From Acidithiobacillus sp. (GTDB lineage Bacteria > Pseudomonadota > Gammaproteobacteria > Acidithiobacillales > Acidithiobacillaceae), in assembly GCA_050251535.1 (NCBI GenBank), contig JBFWMO010000003.1:9768-73767 (forward strand): DNA of 64,000 bases. The letters run 5' to 3'. Both the position numbers and the translations under genes were made by a program. The notes beneath the pieces were generated by a model, which saw only the letters and a list, made by a program, of their open reading frames with translations, ran no database searches and had not been told where the DNA came from. Positions 16,410-25,476 of this stretch are shown in pieces (the stretch's first letter is position 1; each line of letters begins with the position of its first letter).

Positions 16410-18884
16410 ATGCCTGGAAGGCAGTCAGTTCCAACAGATCACCGTCCATCTTCTGAGGTTCTGGATTACAAAACCCAGCGTCTTGCCCGAGGCGGCAGCA
16501 CCAAAACGCTGGTGGCCGGGATTGCGGCGGGAGCAGTCGGGTTTACCTTGGGCGTCTCTTACGTTGCGCGCGAGGTTTTTCCCGGATACCAATGGACTGA
16601 TGAGTTCATCCAGAAAGCGCACGCTTACATTGCCATCGCAGGATGGCGACTATATAACCCGATCCCGTTTTTGCGCCCGATGATCCTGAACATCCACTAT
16701 CCGGTGATCCATCAAGCACTCTATTACGCTGGCCTGCCAGCCGTGACGCTGGGAGTGCTGACAGCGGGAATACTTGGGAAAAAGCACAAGGACGCACAGG
16801 CTGCGGTACTGAACAACCCGGTTCATGGGTCGGCCCGTTGGGCTACCCGAGAGGACGCCATACGAGCAGCGTTGCTCCCGGCAACTCCCTCGCCGACGAT
16901 GATGGACCGGCTACGTGTGGTTTTGGGCGTATCCGCAAAAAACGGCAAGCCTTCCCAGAAAAACGTGGATGAAGCCCGGAAAAAAGAGGGCGAAGAGTGG
17001 CGGAAAAGGAATGCCGCACAAAAGAACGTAGACGTGTCAGAAATTCCCGATCCGATATTTTTCCAAAAATTCCCGTCTGATCATGTCTGTTATGTCGGCG
17101 CCTTTGTTGAAAAAGGCAAGGCGACGCCTTTGCAGCACACCGGCGCCGAACATATTCTCTGCTTCGCTCCTACCCGATCCGGCAAGGGCGTGGGCCTGGT
17201 GCTCCCAACGCTCCTGGACGGGTGGATGGATTCCGTCGTGGTCAACGACATCAAGGGGGAAAATTTTCACCTGACCGCTGGCTATCGCAAAGAGCGCGGG
17301 CATCATATTTTGAAGTTCTCCCCTGGATCGGTGCACGACGATGGTTGCCACTTTAACCCGCTCGATGCCGTACGGGTGGGGACAACCTACGAAATCAAGG
17401 ATGTCATGAACATCGCCACGATGATCGTGGACCCGGACGGCAAGGGCTTGAATGATCACTGGCAGAAAACCGGCTTTGCCCTGTTGACCTCCGTGATCCT
17501 GCATGTTCTGTATGCGATGCCAGACAAAACGCTGCGGGGTGTTGCAGCGTACCTGAACGACCCTACGCTAGAAAGCGTCGATGTCGCGTTCGAGCGCATG
17601 ATGCAAACGGTTCACGACTCGGAAGAACAGTTCGGCTGGAAAGACGGGAACAACAATCCAACACAGGTGCATCCTGTGATTGCGCAATCTGCGCGGGAAA
17701 TGCTGAACAAAGCCGACAACGAGAAATCCGGTGTAATCTCGACCATGATGAGCTTTTTGAGCCTCTACCGCGATCCCATCGTGGCACGATGGACAGAGTA
17801 TAGCGACTTCAGAATCACCGACCTGCAGGACGCAGACAAGCCAGTATCTCTCTACCTGGTAACGTCACCAGAAGACAAGGGGCGATTGAAACCATTGATC
17901 CGCCTCATACTCAACCAAATCGCCTCGCAGTTCACATCGGAAGAGCGCCTGTCCGCGACAAACGGGCGGATCGAGTGCGTTGGAAAACACCGCTTGCTGC
18001 TGCTCCTCGATGAATTTCCGAGTCTCGGCAAAATGGACATCTTTCAGGATTCCATCGCGTTTCTGGCTGGTTACAACATCAAGCTGTACCTGATCACGCA
18101 AGATATCGCGCAGTTGGAAGATGAGGGACACGGCTACGGAAAGGCTGGAGCGAAGGCCATCATCGGAAACTGCCACGTCCGGGTAGCCTACGCGCCCAAC
18201 CAGGTGGAAACGGCCAAGTGGGTATCCGATATGCTTGGCATTCGCACCATCACTCTGGAGAACGACAACAAGAGCTTCGATGGCGGGCTCATCTCGCAAC
18301 AGAAGGGGTATTCGACCAGCGTCAGCTACCAGTCACGACCGCTACTCACGGCGGACGAAGTGATGACCCTACGCGGTCCGTTGAAAGAGGGATCCAGCAT
18401 CAAGGAGCCGGGTGACGTGCTCGTATTCGTCGCCGGGTATTCGCCCGTCTACGGCCAGCAACTTCTGTACTTTCAAAACCCCGAGTGGCTGGATCGTGCG
18501 TCTGTCGCCTGGCCGGAGAAAAGCGACAAGCTGCCTGGCGCCGAAAAAGATTACGAGTCTATTTTCGGTCCGGGTGCTGGAAAGCTGCCGATCCCGGAGA
18601 TCCAGAGAAAAGACGATGCAGCCGGTAGCAACGGCGATGGCGAAGCCCCACCCACAGAAGAGGAACGCGTTGCGCTGGCTGCAACAACGAAAGAACTCGA
18701 CGCGCTAGCGGAGGATGACGACGATATCCCGACCGGAACCGGGAAATATGATACCCGCGAACGCGATGCAGACAGGGCGGCGACGGCCCGGCTGCAGAAG
18801 GCAACAGATCCGGAAGATGTTCCGGAAGAAGAATGGGATGATCAGGAATACCCTGAAGAGTGGGAAGAGACTGCCGGTGATTGA
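16410..18884 (+). CDS. traG: type IV coupling protein TraG/VirD4
   Basis: AAGGAGG RBS. N-terminal TM helices, Walker A APTRSGKGVG, Walker B-like LLLLDEFPSLG, and an acidic C-terminal tail. Confidence 0.9.
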   Translation: MPGRQSVPTDHRPSSEVLDYKTQRLARGGSTKTLVAGIAAGAVGFTLGVSYVAREVFPGYQWTDEFIQKAHAYIAIAGWRLYNPIPFLRPMILNIHYPVIHQALYYAGLPAVTLGVLTAGILGKKHKDAQAAVLNNPVHGSARWATREDAIRAALLPATPSPTMMDRLRVVLGVSAKNGKPSQKNVDEARKKEGEEWRKRNAAQKNVDVSEIPDPIFFQKFPSDHVCYVGAFVEKGKATPLQHTGAEHILCFAPTRSGKGVGLVLPTLLDGWMDSVVVNDIKGENFHLTAGYRKERGHHILKFSPGSVHDDGCHFNPLDAVRVGTTYEIKDVMNIATMIVDPDGKGLNDHWQKTGFALLTSVILHVLYAMPDKTLRGVAAYLNDPTLESVDVAFERMMQTVHDSEEQFGWKDGNNNPTQVHPVIAQSAREMLNKADNEKSGVISTMMSFLSLYRDPIVARWTEYSDFRITDLQDADKPVSLYLVTSPEDKGRLKPLIRLILNQIASQFTSEERLSATNGRIECVGKHRLLLLLDEFPSLGKMDIFQDSIAFLAGYNIKLYLITQDIAQLEDEGHGYGKAGAKAIIGNCHVRVAYAPNQVETAKWVSDMLGIRTITLENDNKSFDGGLISQQKGYSTSVSYQSRPLLTADEVMTLRGPLKEGSSIKEPGDVLVFVAGYSPVYGQQLLYFQNPEWLDRASVAWPEKSDKLPGAEKDYESIFGPGAGKLPIPEIQRKDDAAGSNGDGEAPPTEEERVALAATTKELDALAEDDDDIPTGTGKYDTRERDADRAATARLQKATDPEDVPEEEWDDQEYPEEWEETAGD

Positions 18885-18997
18885 GTGGACTGGACGACTG
18901 TGGAAGTTCAAGCTGTCCGAAGTGGATGAATGGGGGCGCGCCGGTGGCGCCAACGAAGAGAAAAATGAGGAATCAATCTCATCCCGTTCGAAACTCT

Positions 18998-19966
18998 TCA
19001 CAGCTCAGGGCCTCCTTTGCCCCTCATCGAGGCATGGTGATCTCTGACAGCTTCTTTTTTCAGCAGGTCACGCAAGACAGAGAGTTGACCAAGAACAGTG
19101 CGTTCAAAATGCTTTTCATATCCAGCGATACCAAACATCTGCGCGTGCTGATCTTGCGGAAGAAAGCGCGCCATCTGGTCCCGAAATGGGCCGCCGCTGG
19201 AAATGATCGGGATTGCCGTGATTGCCCGGCCCAGATAATCAGGGAAATCCGCCAATCCGTAATCAGCGACCTTTTTTCGCACCATGTCAGCATCCACTAC
19301 AGCCCCTTGTGTCGCTAGCCAGGACATATCCCAAATGTCCCGATGTCGAATCCGCGTTGGGGTGAACTCCATCCCTGTATCCGTGCGTCTCGAAATGGAT
19401 GATGGAAGGGCAACCAACTTGTCTGCGAGAATCTCATCCATACTTTCCACCACAACCAGCGGCTGATGCCGGCCTTCCAGTACAGGGTAGTTAATGCGCA
19501 GCGGAAAAACCTCTCTGGTATACGCTGGCACATTGGCGATTTCCAGCTTGATTCTTTGCCGTGGCAGATCCGCTCGTCCAGGGCTGGTCTCGATGGCCAG
19601 CATCCACTTGTTTACCTGCACAAGCCCATGCGTTTTATCCTTCTTTGGTTCCCGGACAGAAACCGCCAGGCCAAAACGCTTGCCGATCCTGGAAACCACA
19701 CAGTCCTTGATTTCTGCCATGCTGTCCGAGCAAAAATCCCTGCCACCGGCAAAATCCAGGTCTTCGCTGAAACGCTGGGAGCCATAGCAAAGTCGCAAGG
19801 ATGTGCCGCCCTGAAACACGAGATGTTTCAGGAGCCCCGCGCCGTCCATCGCCGCGAAAATCTCATAATGCAAAAGCTCCTTCTCGACAACCGGGCGAAT
19901 GAATTTCAGTTGCCCATCCTGCATTGCCTTGTCTACATACGCAGAGAACGCCTCACCATCCATCAT
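18998..19966 (-). CDS. abiEii: AbiEii/AbiGii-family nucleotidyltransferase toxin with a C-terminal RGKGGPEL tail
   Basis: Contains LVFQGGTSLRLCYGSQRFSEDLDFAGG. It overlaps the upstream AbiEi-like gene by 14 nt. Confidence 0.8.
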   Translation of the reverse strand: MMDGEAFSAYVDKAMQDGQLKFIRPVVEKELLHYEIFAAMDGAGLLKHLVFQGGTSLRLCYGSQRFSEDLDFAGGRDFCSDSMAEIKDCVVSRIGKRFGLAVSVREPKKDKTHGLVQVNKWMLAIETSPGRADLPRQRIKLEIANVPAYTREVFPLRINYPVLEGRHQPLVVVESMDEILADKLVALPSSISRRTDTGMEFTPTRIRHRDIWDMSWLATQGAVVDADMVRKKVADYGLADFPDYLGRAITAIPIISSGGPFRDQMARFLPQDQHAQMFGIAGYEKHFERTVLGQLSVLRDLLKKEAVRDHHASMRGKGGPEL

Positions 19967-20498
19967 CGACCTCGCTCAAATCCATCATGTCTACATTCCG
20001 TCCCACACGGCGCAGATCCTGAATCGCGGCGTCCCTTTTGGCAATCCGCAACGGACGACCCTCGACTACCAGCGTTCTGCCCAACAGATCGGCAATGCTG
20101 CGCTTCGTATGCGTGAATTCGATCACCCCAAACGGGGTGTCATGAACCCCTTTCGCTCCAGTCGTCATAACCGTCAATCGGTCCACGGGGATTTGCGAGA
20201 TCACGCCATACTCGGAAAGCATGCATTCCAGAGAAACATAGTTGAATGCCCCAGGTCGCAATGCCAGCGCAACCTCTTCGATTATTCTGCCCCGGTGTCT
20301 GGATGCCGCCATCCCAAATACATAAACACCACGGGCAGCATGAACAAGCAGCCCATCCTTGCACATACGCTGTAAACTTTTCTCCAGTGCCTTGGCGCTC
20401 TCCTCCGGGAACATCTTTTCCAAATCTCTGCGGGAGAAGACATAGATTCCCTTTCGTTCCAGCGGGGACAGGCGTTGCAGCAAGTCCATTCTGTTCAT
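19953..20498 (-). CDS. abiEi: AbiEi-family antitoxin/transcriptional regulator
   Basis: Contains SLQRMCKDGLLVHAARGVYVFG and is paired with AbiEii. The start is placed at the internal ATG (MNRMDLL). Confidence 0.7.
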   Translation of the reverse strand: MNRMDLLQRLSPLERKGIYVFSRRDLEKMFPEESAKALEKSLQRMCKDGLLVHAARGVYVFGMAASRHRGRIIEEVALALRPGAFNYVSLECMLSEYGVISQIPVDRLTVMTTGAKGVHDTPFGVIEFTHTKRSIADLLGRTLVVEGRPLRIAKRDAAIQDLRRVGRNVDMMDLSEVDDGW

Positions 20499-20600
20499 GT
20501 GCTCAGTTATCCTATTTCTGTGTAGGGATTCTATACACATAATAGATCACGGAGAGCGGAAGCGCAGCAGGTCTCCCCCGCCCCGTCAGAACAAAAGGCG

Positions 20601-21788
20601 TCAGCCTTCCAGCAAACGGTTCAGCGCCTCGATGATTTCCTCGGTTCCCATCGTACCGGGCAATTCGCGCCCCACTTTGGCAAAGGCCCGCTCCAGCAGA
20701 GAGCGGGGAAGCGTGACCGTCACCTGGTTCGGCAGAGATGCTTCAGGCAGGTGGTCAAGATTCTGCGCATCCTCTTCCGGGTATCCGGTATACACACCAT
20801 TTTCGTCCACTGCGCCACCATCATTGATGTCCTCATCACTATCGGCGTTGTCCAGATCGATCGTGGACAAATCTACCTCTTCTCCATTCTGATCGAATGC
20901 CCGAATGATTTCCTTTTCTGTTTCATTCCCCATCACCATCTCTTTCGCCACCTCTTTCTGCTCGCGAAATTCCTCTTCCGTCCGTTCCACCAGTGCCCGC
21001 GAGAGGGTGTCTCCCATCTGCACAGCAGATTTAATCGCATCCAGCATAGAACGCTTATCCTCATCGCGCATCCAGCCGCGCAACCGCGTTGCATCGGTTT
21101 GCCCAATGGACTCCAGCGGCACCCCGATATAATCGGCAACTGCCTGCGCCTCTTCGCTGCCCAGCGAGAGCATCTGATGCACCCACGCCTTTGATCGCCC
21201 GAGCCTCGCGCCCATTGCTGCCGCGCTGGGCCGTGGGTCCAGACTATCCATTAACCGTGTCACCGCCCTGGCCGTCTCGGTCGGTGTCATTTCAGCGCGC
21301 GCCAGATTCTCTACCAATTGCATCTCCAGAAGATCGGCGGGGTTTTCTGGTTCCAGAACGACAGCCGGAATCTTCGCGAGATCATACCCCTTGCGCTGAC
21401 AGTCCCGCCCGCTTTTCAGGGCGGCATTCGATGCCCGCCACCGTCGTTCTCCAGCGACGATCCGGTATTTCCCGGCTTCCATCCGCCGCACGGCAATCGG
21501 CTGTAACACCCCATGCTGCAAAATGCTCTCCATCAGCATGTTCAGGTCATTTGCGCCTTCCGCATTGTCGCTCGCGTCAAAGGAACGCCTCGGCTGATCA
21601 GGGTCGGGCTCGACATCCTCCAGCGCCAGGAACATCGCCAAATCCGTGGGAGCGCCCGTTGTTTCGCTACGGTCCCCCGCCACATCTTTATGCGGCGACC
21701 GATGAGCGGCACCATCCTCAACTCCGATGCTCGCCAATTCTTCTTCAATCTGGTTGAAAAGATTTTTTGACCGATCGATCTTAGCCAT
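20601..21788 (-). CDS. parB: ParB/KorB-like partition and DNA-binding protein
   Basis: ParB box IAVRRMEAGKYRIVAGERRWRAS. It overlaps the parA stop. The C-terminal region is acidic. Confidence 0.85.
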   Translation of the reverse strand: MAKIDRSKNLFNQIEEELASIGVEDGAAHRSPHKDVAGDRSETTGAPTDLAMFLALEDVEPDPDQPRRSFDASDNAEGANDLNMLMESILQHGVLQPIAVRRMEAGKYRIVAGERRWRASNAALKSGRDCQRKGYDLAKIPAVVLEPENPADLLEMQLVENLARAEMTPTETARAVTRLMDSLDPRPSAAAMGARLGRSKAWVHQMLSLGSEEAQAVADYIGVPLESIGQTDATRLRGWMRDEDKRSMLDAIKSAVQMGDTLSRALVERTEEEFREQKEVAKEMVMGNETEKEIIRAFDQNGEEVDLSTIDLDNADSDEDINDGGAVDENGVYTGYPEEDAQNLDHLPEASLPNQVTVTLPRSLLERAFAKVGRELPGTMGTEEIIEALNRLLEG

Positions 21789-22533
21789 GTTGTCCCTCCA
21801 GTTTCGATAGCAAAAATGCGCAGGCCCCGGCCCATTTCGCTGCCGCGTTGTCTTTTTTGTCGAATTCCCATACCGGCATTCCGTTTTTCATCGCGTTTGA
21901 AACGATTTGCCGGTTGGTCAAGACCTGCGGAATCGCATACTTGCCGAACGACGAGTTGACAATGGAATCCGCAACCATCTGCTGGTTTACAGAATTCAGT
22001 ACGCGCTTATTGAAAACGAGCGCCAGGTCCAAATCCACCTCACCGGAAATTTTCCTCCAGACCTTGAGCAGAGACGTGAGCCCCTGCATCGCCAGCAAGT
22101 CTGGCTCTACAGGGGCTACCAGGAGTCCGCCCAGATACAGCGGCGCAACCTGTTGCACACCCGCAGCAGGTGGAGTATCGACAACGATAATCTCGAAATC
22201 GGTATCCAGTAACCGAGACATGGCCGCGATACCGGCCTTCAGCCCTTGATCGCCCGCCTGAACGATGTCCCGATCTCCAGGCAACACTTGCAATCTGCCG
22301 AATCGGGTAGCCTTGAAGGAAAGAACGGCATCATCATCCCAAAGATCGACAACCGGGTGTTCGTGATCTCCGGACTCGCCCGTTAGAACAAAGGTGGCAT
22401 TTCGTTGCCCGTCCATGTCTACCAGCAACGTCTTTTTTTTCATTGCCATAGCCGCATAAGCGGCAATATGCACGGCCAGGGCGGTCTTTCCTACGCCGCC
22501 CTTCTGGTTGGTCACGGTGATCACTTTAGGCAT
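21781..22533 (-). CDS. parA: ParA/IncC-type partition ATPase
   Basis: Deviant Walker A VTNQKGGVGKT. Walker B is IIVVDTPP. Confidence 0.9.
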   Translation of the reverse strand: MPKVITVTNQKGGVGKTALAVHIAAYAAMAMKKKTLLVDMDGQRNATFVLTGESGDHEHPVVDLWDDDAVLSFKATRFGRLQVLPGDRDIVQAGDQGLKAGIAAMSRLLDTDFEIIVVDTPPAAGVQQVAPLYLGGLLVAPVEPDLLAMQGLTSLLKVWRKISGEVDLDLALVFNKRVLNSVNQQMVADSIVNSSFGKYAIPQVLTNRQIVSNAMKNGMPVWEFDKKDNAAAKWAGACAFLLSKLEGQHG

Positions 22534-22545
22534 GGATCTCTCCTG

Positions 22546-22962
22546 TCAAGACGGTACGCCAGCGGCCCGACGACGCAATTGCTCGTGCAATGGCGGGTGA
22601 ACTCCCCAGGCGTACCAGAACAACATCGTGAAAAGCACGTCCGGCAACGATGTTTCCATGTCCTCGGACAACGATTCCAACTGGTCGGCCAAATCGCTTT
22701 CCACGCGAACAAAAACGTGGGACCAGCCATTCAGACTTTCCGCACCACGCACCGCGCCAGAGGGTGGAGTAGATCGCCAGAGCAAACCGCGCATCCACGG
22801 TTGTTCCGCCAAAAACCGGACTGCACAATCTCCATACATCTCTCGCAGCGTAACCCCCTGCGCAAAGGCAAGCGCCTGCAGGTACAAATCCATTGTGAAT
22901 GGAATTACCGTCTCAGCTCCTGAGTACAGCTTTCCGTTAAATCTCGATGATTTCAGCTCCAT
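22546..22962 (-). CDS. hypothetical protein, first gene of the parAB operon
   Basis: The ORF starts 6 nt downstream of GATCTATACC, a leaderless-like context. I recognise no motif. Confidence 0.5.
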   Translation of the reverse strand: MELKSSRFNGKLYSGAETVIPFTMDLYLQALAFAQGVTLREMYGDCAVRFLAEQPWMRGLLWRSTPPSGAVRGAESLNGWSHVFVRVESDLADQLESLSEDMETSLPDVLFTMLFWYAWGVHPPLHEQLRRRAAGVPS

Positions 22963-22967
22963 GACGA

Positions 22968-23008
22968 GGTATAGATCAACGCCGGGTCAGATCGTCTACC
23001 GGGTAGAC
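22968..23008 (-). promoter_or_regulatory. operator-promoter module (palindrome 22994-23008, 3 nt, then the motif ending GATCTATACC at 22968)
   Basis: On the minus strand it reads GTCTACCCGGTAGACgatCTGACCCGgcgtTGATCTATACCtcgtcATG. Confidence 0.6.
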
Positions 23009-23254
23009 GGTTCGGCGCTGGACATCGCGCAAAATTCTGCTTTCAGGCTCGAAAAGCGCGGCACCGAAGACTTTCCCAACATCGCGATCCAGGTCGGCAG
23101 CAACGTCGCCGATACCATCTCATGTGCCCATCGGTCGCTGGCATCGCTGGCTCGCCATCCGAGACCGGACGGCTGCATCGCGCGGAAGTGATGAAACCAG
23201 GCGGAATACGACAGCAGCCATTCGGCTTTTCCAGCGCCTGCCGGCACTGGCAGG

Positions 23255-23974
23255 CTACTCTTCGCTGGTGCTGTTGCCATCGCTTTTCTCCCCCTGTCTA
23301 TCCACCATGCGCGCAAATTTTATCTGCCCATCGCTCTCTTTTTTCAGCCAGAACTGGCTTCCCTGGATCACCCAGAACGGCGCCACCTTTTGCAGCACAT
23401 GGCTTTCGGGAACCGGCCCGTAATACGCTGAGTCAAACGCATAATTGCCTGGCGCGTAGAGCCATACCTGTCCAGCTTTCAGGCGATAGGTGCCAAACGG
23501 GTAGTGAATGATTGCGTGCTTCTGCCCAGGCGTTCGCCGATCCACATGCGAGTTCGGCAGATAGTGCCCATCCACCCAGACGCCAGCGCGCGATAGCTTT
23601 ACCGTCTGCCCTGGCAACGCGGCGATTTCCTTGATCCAAGGCTCGTTTTTAGGAAACCAGCGATATCGCAAGCCTTCGGCGACTGCCGGATTAGTTATGG
23701 CACTCGGAAGCTGAACCTCGACCAGTTCGCCATCGCGAAGGGGGTAGGGCGATCCGATCAGTTTATAAATCCCTACCGGCTCGCAGGTGGAATCGTTTAG
23801 CACTAGATGCTCGTAGTGCATCCATATGCCAACAGCAGCGTTGAGTATCAAGGCGCTGAGAACCACCCCGCCAGCTCCCCAAGCCGCCCATTTTGCAGCT
23901 TTCTTCCAGTCCGCACGCTTCACAGAATTTTCCAGTGCGAACGATATGGGCGGAGGCTGCGCGCCGACTGGCAA
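23255..23974 (-). CDS. traF: conjugative-transfer signal peptidase TraF (S26 family)
   Basis: TM anchor, N-x-S/T-x-[S]-x-P-x-G-x-Y box (NDSTCEPVGIY), IKEIAALPGQTV, and DSAYYGPV near the C-terminus. Confidence 0.7.
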   Translation of the reverse strand: MPVGAQPPPISFALENSVKRADWKKAAKWAAWGAGGVVLSALILNAAVGIWMHYEHLVLNDSTCEPVGIYKLIGSPYPLRDGELVEVQLPSAITNPAVAEGLRYRWFPKNEPWIKEIAALPGQTVKLSRAGVWVDGHYLPNSHVDRRTPGQKHAIIHYPFGTYRLKAGQVWLYAPGNYAFDSAYYGPVPESHVLQKVAPFWVIQGSQFWLKKESDGQIKFARMVDRQGEKSDGNSTSEE

Positions 23975-24207
23975 CTTTCAGCAGAATGCTCACTTCGGTA
24001 CTTTTGCAGCATTCTTTCCGATCGCTCGCTCAGGTAATCCGGACCCTTGGCTACATCAATAGCGCGCTCGACCGCTTTTGCTGTTACCCCGAAACGCTGT
24101 GCCGCGCGTTGCAACACCTTCCGCTTCGGCATGTCCGTATTATCGAACACCCAACAAGCCCACCGACAGGCGTCCTGGATGGAAACCTGAGGTTCCTGCT
24201 TTTTCAT
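23920..24207 (-). CDS. small hypothetical protein with an HTH-like segment
   Basis: The internal ATG overlaps the upstream stop (ATGA). It contains KVLQRAAQRFGVTAKAVERAI. Confidence 0.4.
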   Translation of the reverse strand: MKKQEPQVSIQDACRWACWVFDNTDMPKRKVLQRAAQRFGVTAKAVERAIDVAKGPDYLSERSERMLQKYRSEHSAESCQSARSLRPYRSHWKIL

Positions 24208-24437
24208 GAAAAACCACCCCCATTGTTCAACCGGTCCCGGACTTTCTTCGTGCGCTGGGCGTAATGCTCCAGCAACCACAGTGCCGGAAGAGAAAGCGCG
24301 CGGAACGGAAAGAAAAACAGCCGCTCGACATGAGTCACCCCAAACAAGAGGATTTCGGCAACCCGCCGAGGCGCGGGACGCTCGAAATATCGGATCAATG
24401 CTTGATCCGATTTCCGGAAAATTTCCTGGAAGTTCAT
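24204..24437 (-). CDS. small hydrophobic hypothetical protein
   Basis: Starts 5 nt after GATCTATACCCCCC, a leaderless-like context. Confidence 0.4.
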   Translation of the reverse strand: MNFQEIFRKSDQALIRYFERPAPRRVAEILLFGVTHVERLFFFPFRALSLPALWLLEHYAQRTKKVRDRLNNGGGFS

Positions 24438-24442
24438 AGGGG

Positions 24443-24483
24443 GGTATAGATCAACGGCGGGCCAGATCGTCTACCGGGTAGAC
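24443..24483 (-). promoter_or_regulatory. operator-promoter module (palindrome 24469-24483 plus the motif)
   Basis: On the minus strand it reads GTCTACCCGGTAGACgatCTGGCCCGccgtTGATCTATACCCCCCtATG. Confidence 0.6.
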
Positions 24484-24558
24484 GGTCTGCGACTCCCGTG
24501 AGCGGGCGCCGCGTGAATATCCGTAAACAGGTATAATCGACAGGGGCCTGAAAACGGG

Positions 24559-25344
24559 TCAGAGCACCCGGGATTCGGACAAAAAGACAGAAACCGGATA
24601 CGCGAGCAGCGCGGGCTCAGCAGGCAGCCCCCATGCTCCAAACGCGCAGAGGAACCCAAAGAAATTAAGAGGTAGCATCAGTAATGCGGCGAGAAAGGAC
24701 ACCCCAGCGAGAAAAGCAAAAACAGATTTCGCCGTAAAGAATAACGCCACCATGGTAGAGAGAAAAAACCAGAAAGGAGCACCCTCAAAGCGGGAAATGA
24801 ATCCCAACCTACCCATGGGGAAAGCCCAAAGAGTTGGGCCGCGCTCCGCATCAGGGTAGCGTTTGCGCAGAGCCTCAGCGGATCTCCGCAGAGAATCTGT
24901 CGAACCGAAAATCTGGGCCGTTGCCCGATTCTTCCGCTGGAGAATCGGGGTGCTCCAGGAGAATTGCAGCACAGCTATTGGGGGGAATACCAGCAGAATG
25001 CTGCAAAGATACCATAGAGAAAAAGCAACACCCGCAGGAGATGGCGTGCCCCTTACCCCGTTCCACCCCATGTCCGCCAAAAGGAATCCTGCCGAAAAGC
25101 ATCCCGCCAACCCGGAAAACAAGAGACAGCGGCGGAGAAACCGAGACGATACGGCAGAACCATATACCATGGAGATCCAATCCAAGGCTCTCTTCTCCTC
25201 TTCGCTTTGTGAAGAGACTTTCGGCTTCCGTGCCACCCAATAGAGCAGAGCAACCCCAGCATGGATTCCGTTCATCCCGAATACGGCAACTCCAGCCAAA
25301 AACAGTGTAAATGGAAGGTAAACCAGCAGGGAGTGGTAAAACAA
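24559..25344 (-). CDS. polytopic membrane protein, unknown function
   Basis: 261-aa ORF with about 6 hydrophobic helices. The overlapping 354-aa ORF in another frame was rejected. Confidence 0.5.
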   Translation of the reverse strand: MFYHSLLVYLPFTLFLAGVAVFGMNGIHAGVALLYWVARKPKVSSQSEEEKRALDWISMVYGSAVSSRFLRRCLLFSGLAGCFSAGFLLADMGWNGVRGTPSPAGVAFSLWYLCSILLVFPPIAVLQFSWSTPILQRKNRATAQIFGSTDSLRRSAEALRKRYPDAERGPTLWAFPMGRLGFISRFEGAPFWFFLSTMVALFFTAKSVFAFLAGVSFLAALLMLPLNFFGFLCAFGAWGLPAEPALLAYPVSVFLSESRVL

Positions 25345-25377
25345 GGGATCCGATCTCCGTCCAGCCGAAGGTTACTT

Positions 25378-25468
25378 GGGTATAGACCGAAAGATCTGGA
25401 GATACCTGAAGAGCCCCGTTCCGCAGAGCCAAACTGCAGTGGCGGGCCAGATCGTCTACCGGGTAGAC
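25378..25468 (-). promoter_or_regulatory. split operator-promoter module (palindrome 25454-25468, CTGGCCCG, ~45-nt insert, GGTCTATACCC)
   Basis: It has the same parts as the other modules, but extra sequence separates the two motif halves. Confidence 0.45.
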
Positions 25469-25476
25469 GGTGCGAA

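Noticed and set aside
22996-23316. 106-aa minus-strand ORF between traF and the 22962 promoter
   Set aside because: It overlaps the traF 3' end and terminates inside the palindrome. There is no motif or RBS support.
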